DNA of 33,307 nucleotides from a virus (taxonomy: Duplodnaviria > Heunggongvirae > Uroviricota > Caudoviricetes), in the IMG/VR virus record IMGVR_UViG_2636415477_000010, one strand, 5' to 3'. The notes below the pieces were generated by a model, which had not been told where the DNA came from, ran no database searches, and saw only the letters and a list, made by a program, of their open reading frames with translations. The number at the start of each line of letters is the position of its first letter. Position 1 is the first letter of the stretch. The position numbers and the translations under genes were made by a program. Shown here piece by piece: positions 8,454 through 17,985 of the stretch.

Positions 8454-9383
8454 ATGGCAAACACTGCTGAGATATTCAATTTTCCAGTGCCGGATGTGGC
8501 ACAAAAGGAGCCGCGCGTGGCAGATCTCGATGATGGTTATACGCGCATTGCAAATGAGTTGCTGGAAGCTGTGATGCTGGCCGGATTAACACAGCACCAG
8601 CTTCTGGTCTTCCTGGCTGTCATGCGCAAAACATATGGCTTTAATAAAAAACTGGATTGGGTGAGCAACGAGCAACTTTCCGAGTTGACCGGGATATTGC
8701 CGCACAAGTGTTCTGCTGCAAAAAGTGTTCTGGTAAAGCGTGGGATTTTTATTCAGAGCGGGCGGAATATCGGCATTAATAATGTGGTCAGTGAATGGTC
8801 AACATTACCCGAATCAGGTAAGAAAAATAAAGTTTACCTGAAAGAGGTAAATTTACCTGAATCAGGTAAGAAAAGTTTACCCAAATCAGGTAAAGGCGTT
8901 TACCCGAATCAGGTAAACACAAAAGACAAACTAACAAAAGACAATATAAAACCTTTTTCGTCCGAGAATTCTGACGAATCCTCTGACCAGCCAGAAAACG
9001 ATCTTCCTGTGGTGAAACCGGATGCTGCAATTCAGAGCGGCAGCAAGTGGGGGACAGCAGAAGACCTGACCGCCGCAGAGTGGATGTTTGACATGGTGAA
9101 GACCATCGCGCCATCAGCCAGAAAACCAAATTTTGCAGGGTGGGCTAACGATATCCGCCTGATGCGTGAACGTGACGGACGTAACCACCGCGACATGTGC
9201 GTGCTGTTCCGCTGGGCATGCCAGGACAACTTCTGGTCCGGTAACGTGCTGAGTCCGGCCAAACTCCGCGACAAGTGGACTCAACTCGAAATCAACCGTA
9301 ACAAGCAACAGGCTGGCGTGACAGCCGGAAAATCAAAACTCGACCTGACAAACACTGACTGGATTTACGGGGTGGATTTATGA
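8454..9383 (+). CDS. O: Replication initiator O (lambda O-like), containing the ori iterons
   Basis: ATG at 8454 preceded by GGGAGGA; N-terminus MANTAEIFNFP...VADLDDGYTRIANELLEA...LAVMRKTYGFNK resembles lambda O; stop overlaps the P start (ATGA). Confidence 0.85.
   Translation: MANTAEIFNFPVPDVAQKEPRVADLDDGYTRIANELLEAVMLAGLTQHQLLVFLAVMRKTYGFNKKLDWVSNEQLSELTGILPHKCSAAKSVLVKRGIFIQSGRNIGINNVVSEWSTLPESGKKNKVYLKEVNLPESGKKSLPKSGKGVYPNQVNTKDKLTKDNIKPFSSENSDESSDQPENDLPVVKPDAAIQSGSKWGTAEDLTAAEWMFDMVKTIAPSARKPNFAGWANDIRLMRERDGRNHRDMCVLFRWACQDNFWSGNVLSPAKLRDKWTQLEINRNKQQAGVTAGKSKLDLTNTDWIYGVDL
8805..8917. repeat. Replication origin iterons (four good copies plus one degenerate) inside O
   Basis: Near-palindromic repeats TTACC(C/T)(G/A)AATCAGGTAA at about 8805, 8852, 8876 and 8899, followed by an A-rich stretch 8918-8960, as at lambda ori. 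Confidence 0.75.
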
Positions 9384-10081
9384 AAAACATCGCCGCACAG
9401 ATGGTTAACTTTGACCGTGAGCAGATGCGCCGGATCGCCAACAACATGCCGGAACAGTACGACGAAAAGCCGCAGGTACAGCAGGTAGCGCAGATCATCA
9501 ACGGTGTGTTCAGCCAGTTACTGGCAACTTTCCCGGCGAGTCTGGCTAACCGTGACCAGAACGAACTGAATGAAATCCGCCGCCAGTGGGTTCTGGCTTT
9601 CCGGGAAAACGGGATCACCACAATGGAACAGGTTAACGCAGGAATGCGCGTAGCCCGTCGGCAGAATCGACCATTTCTGCCATCACCCGGGCAGTTTGTT
9701 GCATGGTGCCGGGAAGAAGCATCCGTTATCGCCGGACTGCCAAACGTCAGCGAGCTGGTTGATATGGTTTACGAGTATTGCCGGAAGCGAGGCCTGTATC
9801 CGGATGCGGAGTCTTATCCGTGGAAATCAAACGCGCACTACTGGCTGGTTACCAACCTGTATCAGAACATGCGGGCCAATGCGCTTACTGATGCGGAATT
9901 ACGCCGTAAGGCCGCAGATGAGCTTGTCCATATGACTGCGAGAATTAACCGTGGTGAGGCGATCCCTGAACCAGTAAAACAACTTCCTGTCATGGGCGGT
10001 AGACCTCTAAATCGTGCACAGGCTCTGGCGAAGATCGCAGAAATCAAAGCTAAGTTCGGACTGAAAGGAGCAAGTGTATGA
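9380..10081 (+). CDS. P: Replication protein P (DnaB helicase loader)
   Basis: 233 aa; MKNIAAQMVNFDREQMRRIANNMPEQYDEKPQVQQVAQIINGVFSQLLATFPAS... matches lambda P as recalled, near-identical. Confidence 0.95.
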   Translation: MKNIAAQMVNFDREQMRRIANNMPEQYDEKPQVQQVAQIINGVFSQLLATFPASLANRDQNELNEIRRQWVLAFRENGITTMEQVNAGMRVARRQNRPFLPSPGQFVAWCREEASVIAGLPNVSELVDMVYEYCRKRGLYPDAESYPWKSNAHYWLVTNLYQNMRANALTDAELRRKAADELVHMTARINRGEAIPEPVKQLPVMGGRPLNRAQALAKIAEIKAKFGLKGASV

Positions 10082-10380
10082 CGGGCAAAGAGGCAATTAT
10101 TCATTACCTGGGGACGCATAAGAGCTTCTGTGCACAGGACGTTGCCGCGGTAACAGGCGCAACCGTAACCAGCATAAATCAGGCTGTGGCTAAAATGGCG
10201 CGGGCAGGAATCCTGGTCGTTGATGGTAAGGTCTGGCGAACGGTGTATTATCGGTTCGCTACCAGAGAAGAACGGGAAGGAAAGGTGAGCGCGAATTTGA
10301 TTTTTAAGGAGTGTCGCCAGAGTGCCGCGATGAAACGGGTATTGAGGGTATATAAAAGAACATCAATGGGTACACAATGA
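10078..10380 (+). CDS. ren: Ren
   Basis: MTGKEAIIHYLGTHKSFCAQDVAAVTGATVTSINQAVAKMARAG... matches lambda Ren as recalled; the C-terminal tail differs. Confidence 0.85.
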   Translation: MTGKEAIIHYLGTHKSFCAQDVAAVTGATVTSINQAVAKMARAGILVVDGKVWRTVYYRFATREEREGKVSANLIFKECRQSAAMKRVLRVYKRTSMGTQ

Positions 10381-10447
10381 TGAAACAGGTGAGTTGAGTT
10401 CAAACTGTAGTACAATTCTCTCCAGTTTGAACAGGAAAGAATATGCT

Positions 10448-10780
10448 ATGAACCCTTATATTTATCTTGGTGGTGCAATACTTGCAGAGGTCATTGGTAC
10501 AACCTTAATGAAGTTTTCAGAAGGTTTTACACGGTTATGGCCATCTGTTGGTACAATTATTTGTTATTGTGCATCATTCTGGTTATTAGCTCAGACGCTG
10601 GCTTATATACCTACAGGGATTGCTTATGCTATCTGGTCAGGAGTCGGTATCGTTCTGATTAGTTTGCTTTCCTGGGGATTTTTTGGTCAACGACTGGACC
10701 TGCCAGCTATCATAGGCATGATGTTGATTTGTGCCGGTGTGTTAGTCATTAACTTGTTGTCACGAAGTGCACCGCATTAA
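10448..10780 (+). CDS. emrE: Small multidrug resistance efflux transporter EmrE
   Basis: 110 aa from the ATG at 10448 (AGGAAAGA upstream); MNPYIYLGGAILAEVIGTTLMKFSEGFTRLWPSVGTII... matches E. coli EmrE as recalled. Confidence 0.9.
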   Translation: MNPYIYLGGAILAEVIGTTLMKFSEGFTRLWPSVGTIICYCASFWLLAQTLAYIPTGIAYAIWSGVGIVLISLLSWGFFGQRLDLPAIIGMMLICAGVLVINLLSRSAPH

Positions 10781-10948
10781 AAAATAATTATCCTTGAGAT
10801 AACAGGAATCTGATTTGTGCATATTATGGCTAATGTTCGGGGCACCTTTATAATTATGATTGCATTTGCGCGATCATTGCGCCTTTATGCATAATGAGAT
10901 CAAGGCACATCAAATAAAATAACGATAGGTCACAACAATGAGGTTTTT

Positions 10949-11500
10949 ATGAAAAAACTTATCGTTTCAAGTGTATTGGCATTCATAACATTTTCTGCGC
11001 AGGCCGCAGCATTTCAGGTCACTAGTAATGAAATAAAAACAGGAGAGCAACTTACAACGTCTCATGTATTTTCTGGATTTGGGTGTGAAGGGGGTAATAC
11101 ATCGCCCTCATTAACCTGGTCTGGTGCTCCTGAAGGCACCAAAAGCTTTGCCGTAACTGTGTATGATCCAGATGCTCCTACAGGCAGTGGATGGTGGCAC
11201 TGGACTGTTGCTAATATTCCAGCAACTGTAACATATTTGCCCACTGATGCAGGAAGACGTGATGGTACAAAACTTCCGACTGGTGCTGTTCAAGGCCGAA
11301 ATGATTTTGGTTATGCAGGATTTGGTGGAGCATGTCCTCCCAAAGGAGATAAACCCCATCATTACCAGTTTAAAGTATGGGCTCTAAAAACTGATAAGAT
11401 TCCTGTGGATTCTAATTCCAGCGGAGCGTTAGTTGGTTATATGCTTAATGCCAATAAAATTGCAACCGCTGAGATAACACCAGTTTATGAGATAAAGTAG
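10949..11500 (+). CDS. ybcL: Secreted PEBP/RKIP-family protein (YbcL-like)
   Basis: 183 aa with an N-terminal signal peptide (MKKLIVSSVLAFITFSAQAAA); PEBP-like DPDAP...GxWHW...GG.CPP.GDKPHHY motifs. Confidence 0.8.
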   Translation: MKKLIVSSVLAFITFSAQAAAFQVTSNEIKTGEQLTTSHVFSGFGCEGGNTSPSLTWSGAPEGTKSFAVTVYDPDAPTGSGWWHWTVANIPATVTYLPTDAGRRDGTKLPTGAVQGRNDFGYAGFGGACPPKGDKPHHYQFKVWALKTDKIPVDSNSSGALVGYMLNANKIATAEITPVYEIK

Positions 11501-11509
11501 GGTAAGAGT

Positions 11510-12307
11510 ATGCTGGCAAAAGATAAGTCTAACCTAAAGATTGAAGAAATACGGATGCATAAACATCATGAGATTCACAGGGTTAAGCCTCTTATGCCAG
11601 CTTTATGTCGTATCCGTCAGGGAAAAAAAGTTATCAATTGGGAGACGCATAGTCTAACTGTTGATAATAATCAGATAATATTATTTCCCTGTGGATATGA
11701 ATTTTATATTGCGAATTATCCAGAAGCAGGTCTTTATCTTGCAGAAATGCTTTATTATCCCATTGATCTAATTGAAAAGTTTCAAAAATTTTATGCGATA
11801 ACTGATCAAATTCGTAACACGACAGGTTTCTGCTTACCTCAGAACCCCGAGTTAATATATTGTTGGGAGCAACTAAAAACATCTATTTTCCGAGGCTTCT
11901 CAACGCAAATTCAGGAACACTTAGCAATGGGCGTTCTACTTTCATTAGGAGCACATCATGTTAATTGTTTACTTTTATCAGATAGTAAACAATCATTAAT
12001 AAGTCGTTGTTATAACCTAATGCTATCCGAACCTGGAACAAAATGGACAGCAAACAAGGTAGCGAGATATCTCTACATTTCTGTTTCCACATTGCATCGC
12101 CGTCTGGCAAGCGAGGGAATAAGTTTTCAAAGTATATTGGACGACGTGAGGTTAAATAATGCGTTGTCTGCTATACAAACGACAGTAAAACCCATCAGCG
12201 AGATTGCCAGGGAAAATGGTTACAAGTGTCCTTCTCGTTTTACTGAAAGGTTCCATAATCGTTTTAAGATAACACCAAGAGAGCTAAGAAAAGCGTCCAG
12301 AGAGTAA
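11510..12307 (+). CDS. ybcM: AraC-family transcriptional regulator (YbcM-like)
   Basis: 265 aa; C-terminal AraC-type HTH ([21 protein letters not shown]...[32 protein letters not shown]). Confidence 0.8.
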   Translation: MLAKDKSNLKIEEIRMHKHHEIHRVKPLMPALCRIRQGKKVINWETHSLTVDNNQIILFPCGYEFYIANYPEAGLYLAEMLYYPIDLIEKFQKFYAITDQIRNTTGFCLPQNPELIYCWEQLKTSIFRGFSTQIQEHLAMGVLLSLGAHHVNCLLLSDSKQSLISRCYNLMLSEPGTKWTANKVARYLYISVSTLHRRLASEGISFQSILDDVRLNNALSAIQTTVKPISEIARENGYKCPSRFTERFHNRFKITPRELRKASRE

Positions 12308-12640
12308 AAGTATTTTATGAAGGAGCAACAGCATCGATTTTTATTTTGGAAAATAAATACGGCATACTCAACCTATTGTATCCTGAACAATCCGGTGACT
12401 TCTGCGCTAATCGGGGACGTTTATAAGCACATATAATTGATACTATCTTCCTCCATCACAATTTCAGAAATGCACGTGTGATTTTTTTGCATCCGGCGTT
12501 TGGACTATGTGGAGCTCAAGAGTGGGAAAGTTACAAGAGGTTGAGGGGATAATTAAAGGGATACTTATGACATTAGATATCAGGTTAGGTACGGATATCG
12601 TTGTTATTAAATCTAGTTGATACGTTAATTGTTCACTGGG

Positions 12641-12671
12641 TATTATTAAAAATGGGGCGTTGAAACGCCCC
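12641..12671 (-). terminator. Candidate intrinsic terminator downstream of the porin gene
   Basis: Stem GGGGCGT/ACGCCCC (12654-12671); on the minus strand it is followed by ATTTTTAATAAT. Confidence 0.45.
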
Positions 12672-12808
12672 AGAAAATAAAGGGTAATATATAACAGAAG
12701 GTTTATATAGTCAGAAGCAAGATAGTGCTTCTAAGGAAAGTGGCTTGAGGGGGCCACTTATATGTTGGGGAGGCAAAGCCTCCCACAACATATCTTTGAG
12801 TAATCAGA

Positions 12809-13891
12809 TTAGAACTGGTAAACCAATCCTACAGCAACGATATCATCGGTAGCAACGCCAGATGCTTTCGTGAAATCGCTCTTATCAATCAGGTTGATTT
12901 TGTAATCAACAAAAGTGGACATATTTTTGTTGAAGTAATAGGTTGCACCTACATCAATATATTCAACCAGGTCCTGATCACCCCACGCACCCAAGTCTTT
13001 TCCTTTAGATTGCAGGTAAGCAACGGACGGACGCAGACCGAAGTCGAACTGATATTGTGCAACTACTTCGAAGTTTTGTGCTTTGTTGGCAATATGGTTA
13101 TTACCAAAAACAGTCATGTTCTGGGTTTCAGAATAGGTGGTAGCCAGATAGATGTTGTTCGCATCATATTTCAGACCAGCTGCCCATACTTCAGCATTTT
13201 GACCAGATGCATTCAGGCTGTTGTTACCGTAGATAACCTGATCATTAGTGCGGTCAGATTTAGCATAGGTTGCACCTACACCGAATCCTTCATACTCATA
13301 AGTAGTGGAGAAACCGAAACCATCACCGTTAGCTTCAGTTACGTCAGTGCGGTCATTTTTACCCTGATACTGAGCAGCAAAGTTCAGACCATCAACCAGA
13401 CCAAAGAAGTCGTTGTTACGATAAGTTGCAACACCAGTAGTGCGACCAGTCATGAACACATCTGTTTGGGTCCAGGTATCACCACCGAATTCTGGCAGGA
13501 CGTCAGTCCACGCACCGATGTCGTATGCTACACCGTAGTTACGGCCGTAATCGATTGAGCCGTAATCACCAAATTTCAGGCCTGCAAATGCAAGACGGGT
13601 TTTGTCTTTGGAAGAACCTTGAGATTCAGCACGGTTGCCTTTGAATTCATATTCCCACTGACCGAAACCAGTCAGTTGATCGTTGATTTGGGTTTCACCT
13701 TTGAAGCCAAGACGGGCATAAGTAGTATCACCATCATCTGCATCATTAGAGGAGAAGTAGTGCTTGGCATTAACTTTCCCGTATAGATCCAGCTTGTTAC
13801 TGTCTTTATTATAAATTTCAGCTGCCTGAGCAGACATCGCCATCAGTACTGATGCAGCTACAGCAGAAATTGCCACTGTTAATTTTTTCAT
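12809..13891 (-). CDS. nmpC: Outer-membrane general porin, OmpC/OmpF family (NmpC/Lc-like lysogenic-conversion porin)
   Basis: 360 aa with signal peptide [23 protein letters not shown], glycine/aromatic-rich beta-barrel sequence, and the C-terminal ...VGLVYQF ending typical of porins. Confidence 0.9.
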   Translation of the reverse strand: MKKLTVAISAVAASVLMAMSAQAAEIYNKDSNKLDLYGKVNAKHYFSSNDADDGDTTYARLGFKGETQINDQLTGFGQWEYEFKGNRAESQGSSKDKTRLAFAGLKFGDYGSIDYGRNYGVAYDIGAWTDVLPEFGGDTWTQTDVFMTGRTTGVATYRNNDFFGLVDGLNFAAQYQGKNDRTDVTEANGDGFGFSTTYEYEGFGVGATYAKSDRTNDQVIYGNNSLNASGQNAEVWAAGLKYDANNIYLATTYSETQNMTVFGNNHIANKAQNFEVVAQYQFDFGLRPSVAYLQSKGKDLGAWGDQDLVEYIDVGATYYFNKNMSTFVDYKINLIDKSDFTKASGVATDDIVAVGLVYQF

Positions 13892-14318
13892 TGTACGCCC
13901 TTTTTTTTGAACTATTATTAAAAAATGATGTCACTGCGCGATAAATATTCATCTAATCAATGCGATTATTTCAAGATGTAAGTTTTAGTTTCTCATTTAA
14001 TTTGTGAAGTAGATCTCTATTTTTATCTGAACCTTTTCTATCTAATCCTATTCATGGCTCTTGTTTGAACGAAAATAAATCTATTAGCTAATTTATATTA
14101 ATGGCACTTATTTATAAGCACTCTATAATTCTTTAGCTTAATTTAAACAAACTAAAAATAACATCGGAAATTATTCATTGGTTATTTGTTGAAGTTTTCT
14201 TATGTATTTGTGGTGGTGTTTTGAACACTCGGTGGCATTCTCACAAATATCATTTAGTAGTTTACGTACGTAAAAAATTGGTTATGCTGTTAAGAGTGGT
14301 TACTTCGTCACACAGCTT

Positions 14319-14350
14319 AAACCCGCCGTCGAGCGGGTTTTTCCATTTTT
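14319..14350 (+). terminator. Intrinsic terminator upstream of the lysis cassette (possible tR'-like)
   Basis: Stem ACCCGC/GCGGGT (14321-14326 and 14333-14338) with loop CGTCGA, followed by TTTTTCCATTTTTT. Confidence 0.55.
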
Positions 14351-14480
14351 TGAGTCTCGATATTAGCTGATAACCCAATACCTGAGTTATTCACTGACTC
14401 CGAATCTGTTACGTTTCTGCCTTTATTGCGATACGTAGTATCCCCTTAATTTACACCCGCTTTGTCTGCGAGGTGGGGTT

Positions 14481-14696
14481 ATGAAATCCATGGATAAGTT
14501 AACAACGGGTGTCGCCTATGGCACCTCAGCAGGTAGTGCCGGGTACTGGTTTTTACAGTTGCTCGATAAAGTCACGCCCTCACAGTGGGCGGCAATAGGT
14601 GTGCTGGGTAGCCTGGTATTTGGCCTGCTGACGTACCTGACAAACCTTTATTTCAAGATTAAAGAAGATAAGCGTAAGGCTGCACGGGGAGAGTAA
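14481..14696 (+). CDS. S: Class II holin (phage-21 S-type pinholin)
   Basis: 71 aa with dual-start motif MKSMDK, two hydrophobic segments and a charged C-terminus ([13 protein letters not shown]); GGTGGGG ribosome-binding site. Confidence 0.85.
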
Positions 14697-14700
14697 TTCA

Positions 14701-15015
14701 ATGACTCAAAACTATGAACTGATTGTGAAAGGGATCCGCAATTTTGAGAATAAAGTTACGGTAACTTTAGCGTTACGGGACAAAAAACGCTTTGACGGTG
14801 AAATTTTTGACCTGGACATCTCGCTGGACCGTGTTGAAGGTGCCGCGCTGGAGTTTTATGAGGCTGCAGCCAGAAGGAGCATCAGACAGGTCTTCCTGGA
14901 TGTTGCTGCCGGGTTATGTGAAGGGGACGAGCTGTTGCCAGAAACGCGCCCCTGTTCAGAGGCGCGGTATACCATAAAAATTAACAGTTCAGATAACTCG
15001 ATTACTGGTTGTTAG
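14701..15015 (+). CDS. Hypothetical protein inserted between holin and endolysin
   Basis: 104-aa ATG ORF starting 5 nt after the holin stop; no family assigned with confidence. Confidence 0.5.
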   Translation: MTQNYELIVKGIRNFENKVTVTLALRDKKRFDGEIFDLDISLDRVEGAALEFYEAAARRSIRQVFLDVAAGLCEGDELLPETRPCSEARYTIKINSSDNSITGC

Positions 15016-15251
15016 CCTTTTGTTTCAGTTGGTTTTCCAATATCTTTCATTGGTAGCAGCATTTCCAGATTGCTTTTGATATATGGATTATTTACATGTT
15101 CATTTAATTGATGAATGATTCCATTTTTTTCATTCTGGTCCAATACGGAAAATATTACTGTAATCATATATTTAAGAGCTTCAATTTCTTTTGCTGTTGA
15201 TGCAGGAGATGAGCAGTCAGCTGTAATATTGATAAAAACTTCTTTTTGCAT
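15012..15251 (-). CDS. Hypothetical small protein, reverse-oriented inside the lysis cassette
   Basis: 79-aa ATG ORF in an AT-rich segment, convergent with the 104-aa ORF. Confidence 0.35.
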   Translation of the reverse strand: MQKEVFINITADCSSPASTAKEIEALKYMITVIFSVLDQNEKNGIIHQLNEHVNNPYIKSNLEMLLPMKDIGKPTETKG

Positions 15252-15385
15252 ATCAAATCCTCAGATGGGGTAGCTCAGCCAGCATCCCCCATAATCCTTA
15301 ACCAGAGCGCCAGTGTCCTACCACTGACGGGCTGAATGCTTAACATATCCAGGGTTCAGAAACCGATAAATCCTGATAAATATCC

Positions 15386-15919
15386 ATGAACGTAAAAATC
15401 AGATACGGCCTGTCGGCTGCTGTTCTGGCGCTGATTGCCGCAGGCGCGTCTGCTCCTCAGATACTTGACCAGTTTCTGGACGAAAAAGAGGGTAACCACA
15501 CAAAGGCATACCGCGATGGTTCCGGCATATGGACCATTTGCCGGGGTGCCACGGTGGTGGATGGTAAACCTGTTATTCCGGGCATGAAACTGTCGAAGGA
15601 AAAATGCGCCCAGGTTAACGCCATTGAGCGGGATAAGGCGCTGGCATGGGTGGAGCGTAATATAAAAGTTCCACTGACCGAGCCACAAAAAGCAGGTATC
15701 GCGTCATTTTGCCCCTATAACATTGGCCCCGGTAAGTGTTTCCCGTCGACGTTTTATAAGCGGCTTAATGCCGGTGATCGTAAAGGTGCCTGTGAGTCGA
15801 TTCGCTGGTGGATTAAGGACGGTGGGCGTGATTGCCGCACACGTTCAAATAACTGCTACGGACAGGTTATTCGTCGTGACCAGGAAAGCGCATTAGCCTG
15901 TTGGGGGATAGATCAGTGA
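15386..15919 (+). CDS. R: SAR endolysin (T4-lysozyme-like muramidase with N-terminal signal-anchor-release domain)
   Basis: 177 aa; N-terminal hydrophobic Gly/Ala-rich segment [16 protein letters not shown], then lysozyme-like core with E...D...T triad context ([20 protein letters not shown]). Confidence 0.85.
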   Translation: MNVKIRYGLSAAVLALIAAGASAPQILDQFLDEKEGNHTKAYRDGSGIWTICRGATVVDGKPVIPGMKLSKEKCAQVNAIERDKALAWVERNIKVPLTEPQKAGIASFCPYNIGPGKCFPSTFYKRLNAGDRKGACESIRWWIKDGGRDCRTRSNNCYGQVIRRDQESALACWGIDQ

Positions 15920-16377
15920 GAAGAGTTGCCGCGATTATCTCCGCTCTGGTTATCTGCATCATCGTCTGCCTGTCTTGGGCTGTTAATCATTACCGCGATA
16001 ACGCGATTACCTACAAAGCCCAGCGCGACAAAAATGCCAGAGAACTGACGCTGGCGAACGCGGCAATTACTGACATACAGATGCGTCAGCGTGATGTTGC
16101 TGCGCTCGATGCAAAATACACGAAGGAGTTAGCTGATGCGAAAGCTGAAAATGATGCTCTGCGTGATGATGTTGCCGCTGGTCGTCGTCGGTTGCACATC
16201 AAAGCAGTCTGTCAGTCAGTGCGTGAAGCCACCACCGCCTCCGGCGTGGATAATGCAGCCTCCCCCCGACTGGCAGACACCGCTGAACGGGATTATTTCA
16301 CCCTCAGAGAGAGGCTGATCACTATGCAAAAACAACTGGAAGGAACCCAGAAGTATATTAATGAGCAGTGCAGATAG
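15916..16377 (+). CDS. Rz: Inner-membrane spanin Rz
   Basis: From the GTG at 15916: [43 protein letters not shown]... matches lambda Rz as recalled. Confidence 0.85.
   Translation: MRRVAAIISALVICIIVCLSWAVNHYRDNAITYKAQRDKNARELTLANAAITDIQMRQRDVAALDAKYTKELADAKAENDALRDDVAAGRRRLHIKAVCQSVREATTASGVDNAASPRLADTAERDYFTLRERLITMQKQLEGTQKYINEQCR
16136..16318 (+). CDS. Rz1: Outer-membrane lipoprotein spanin Rz1, embedded in Rz in a different frame
   Basis: 60 aa [60 protein letters not shown]; lipobox VVGC and proline-rich segment. Confidence 0.85.
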   Translation: MRKLKMMLCVMMLPLVVVGCTSKQSVSQCVKPPPPPAWIMQPPPDWQTPLNGIISPSERG

Positions 16378-16408
16378 AGCTGCCCATATCGATGGGCAAC
16401 TCATGCAA

Positions 16409-16702
16409 TTATTGTGAGCAATACACACGCGCTTCCAGCGGAGTATAAATGCCTAAAGTAATAAAACCGAGCAATCCATTTACGAATGTTTGCTGGGTTT
16501 CTGTTTTAACAACATTTTCTGCACCACCACAAATTTTTGCTGCATCGACAGTTTTCTTCTGCCCAATTCCCGAAACGAAGAAATGATGGGTGATGGTTTC
16601 CTTTGGTGTTACTGCTGTAGGTTTGTTTCCAACAGTAAACGTCTGTTGAGCACATCCTGTAATAAGCATTGCCAGAGCGGCAGAAAACAACATTTTTTTC
16701 AT
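16409..16702 (-). CDS. bor: Bor lipoprotein (serum-resistance protein)
   Basis: 97 aa from the ATG at 16700-16702; MKKMLFSAALAMLITGCAQQTFTVGNKPTAV... matches lambda Bor as recalled. Confidence 0.85.
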   Translation of the reverse strand: MKKMLFSAALAMLITGCAQQTFTVGNKPTAVTPKETITHHFFVSGIGQKKTVDAAKICGGAENVVKTETQQTFVNGLLGFITLGIYTPLEARVYCSQ

Positions 16703-17182
16703 CTTATTATCCTGCATTGTTAAAAACGGCAGAATCCTATGTGACAACAATTAAACGATAGTTAAATGGATTGATGAAAATTAAAACTACACAGGTGGGC
16801 TCAGACTATTGGAGGAAGTTGGGGACACTCAGAATCCTGTGGAATGAAATAAACCGGTCTATCCGTCCATTACCCTTTTAGCTGCGCTGTATCGTCGCCG
16901 TATTCCCGCATTAACCATGACCGTAGCCCGACGGGGAATTCCTTCTGCGTGAGTGTGCGGGAATAATTAAAAACGATGCACACCGGGTTTTTACCGCGTT
17001 AATGATTCGCGGGTTTATCCCGGTGCGATGGTGGAAGAAACAGGAAGCTGTATTACAGAAAGTGCTACTACTGTATCCCGATGCGATGTATGTAATGTGA
17101 GTCAGATAATGGCACAGGATGTGGTGATGTGGCAGTCTGGAACACAGGATATATTGTCAGAATAAGACCCGTAGGAATAAAA

Positions 17183-17509
17183 ATGAAAAGACGCCTTTTA
17201 CTACTTTTTCTGTTATCTGTCCTGGCAGTGGGATGCTCGCAGCAAAAAGCTGATGAGCCCCGGCAATTAGTGACGGTGTATCCACGATATCCGGAATATG
17301 CTGCAGCAAATTATATCAAGGGGCTGGTTGAGGTTAAGTTCGATATTGGTGCTGATGGGACTGTGACACGGATCGTTTTTCTCCGCTCAGAGCCTCATAA
17401 TTTGTTTCGTGATGAAGTGGTGAAGGCCATGGCGAAATGGCGATTTGAAAAGAATCGCCCCTGTCAGGGAGTGAAGAGACAATTTATCTTTACGCCGTCA
17501 CGTCCTTGA
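17183..17509 (+). CDS. Putative lipoprotein with a TonB C-terminal-like region
   Basis: The track ORF begins with GTG at 17129; the ATG at 17183 has AGGAATAAA upstream and gives MKRRLLLLFLLSVLAVGCSQQ (lipobox), followed by YP...A...GxVEVKFDIGADGTV, reminiscent of TonB C-terminal domains. Confidence 0.5.
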   Translation: MKRRLLLLFLLSVLAVGCSQQKADEPRQLVTVYPRYPEYAAANYIKGLVEVKFDIGADGTVTRIVFLRSEPHNLFRDEVVKAMAKWRFEKNRPCQGVKRQFIFTPSRP

Positions 17510-17631
17510 TGCTTCCAGGTAGAGAGGGGCTGGAAGCAGGAGAAAAATGAAAGAGCCAGCGGTTATATTTTTGTCATGGCTGACGAGGAATGATGGAAGA
17601 AGGCGTTGTATGCCACACAACGCCTCACTGT

Positions 17632-17985
17632 TCATTTCTTCTTTTTCTCTGGTGGAACCCGATGAATAAGAGTTGCACTGGTTTCCGATGAGATGGCGAT
17701 ATACTCGGGCAAAGTATGCTGGCAGTTTTCCAACTGGTCAAAAATACCTGCTCTCGTCTGTTGCAATGCCTGCAGCATGCGGCGGCAATGCGCCTTGCTT
17801 TTACTAACCATCTTTCCTTCCTCTATCAGTCGCTGCGTGAACTCATCATGGAATACCAGGTAAATGCGGATGTTATCGGTTTTGGCTACGCAGCATAGTA
17901 CAAAACGGACAGGTGCATCCCGGGACGGGGGAGGCGTCACATGTCCCTGTGATGGTTGTTCCGGGTAATGTACTGTGTGGGGCAT
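17632..17985 (-). CDS. Hypothetical protein with a lysine-rich C-terminus
   Basis: 117-aa ATG ORF convergent with the lipoprotein gene; no family recognised; may be spurious. Confidence 0.3.
   Translation of the reverse strand: MPHTVHYPEQPSQGHVTPPPSRDAPVRFVLCCVAKTDNIRIYLVFHDEFTQRLIEEGKMVSKSKAHCRRMLQALQQTRAGIFDQLENCQHTLPEYIAISSETSATLIHRVPPEKKKK

Noticed and set aside
8805-8917. Possible CRISPR array suggested by the regularly spaced repeats
   Set aside because: Only four to five near-palindromic copies, no unique spacers of CRISPR length, and they lie inside the O gene followed by an A-rich stretch, which is the classic ori arrangement.
13010-13558. 182-aa plus-strand ORF inside the porin gene
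   Set aside because: Antisense to a clearly real porin gene; treated as a frame artefact.
15264-15292. tRNA-like string GGGGTAGCTCAGCC
   Set aside because: No complete cloverleaf (no T-arm GGTTCGA-type sequence, no acceptor pairing) could be built by eye; more likely a simple hairpin.
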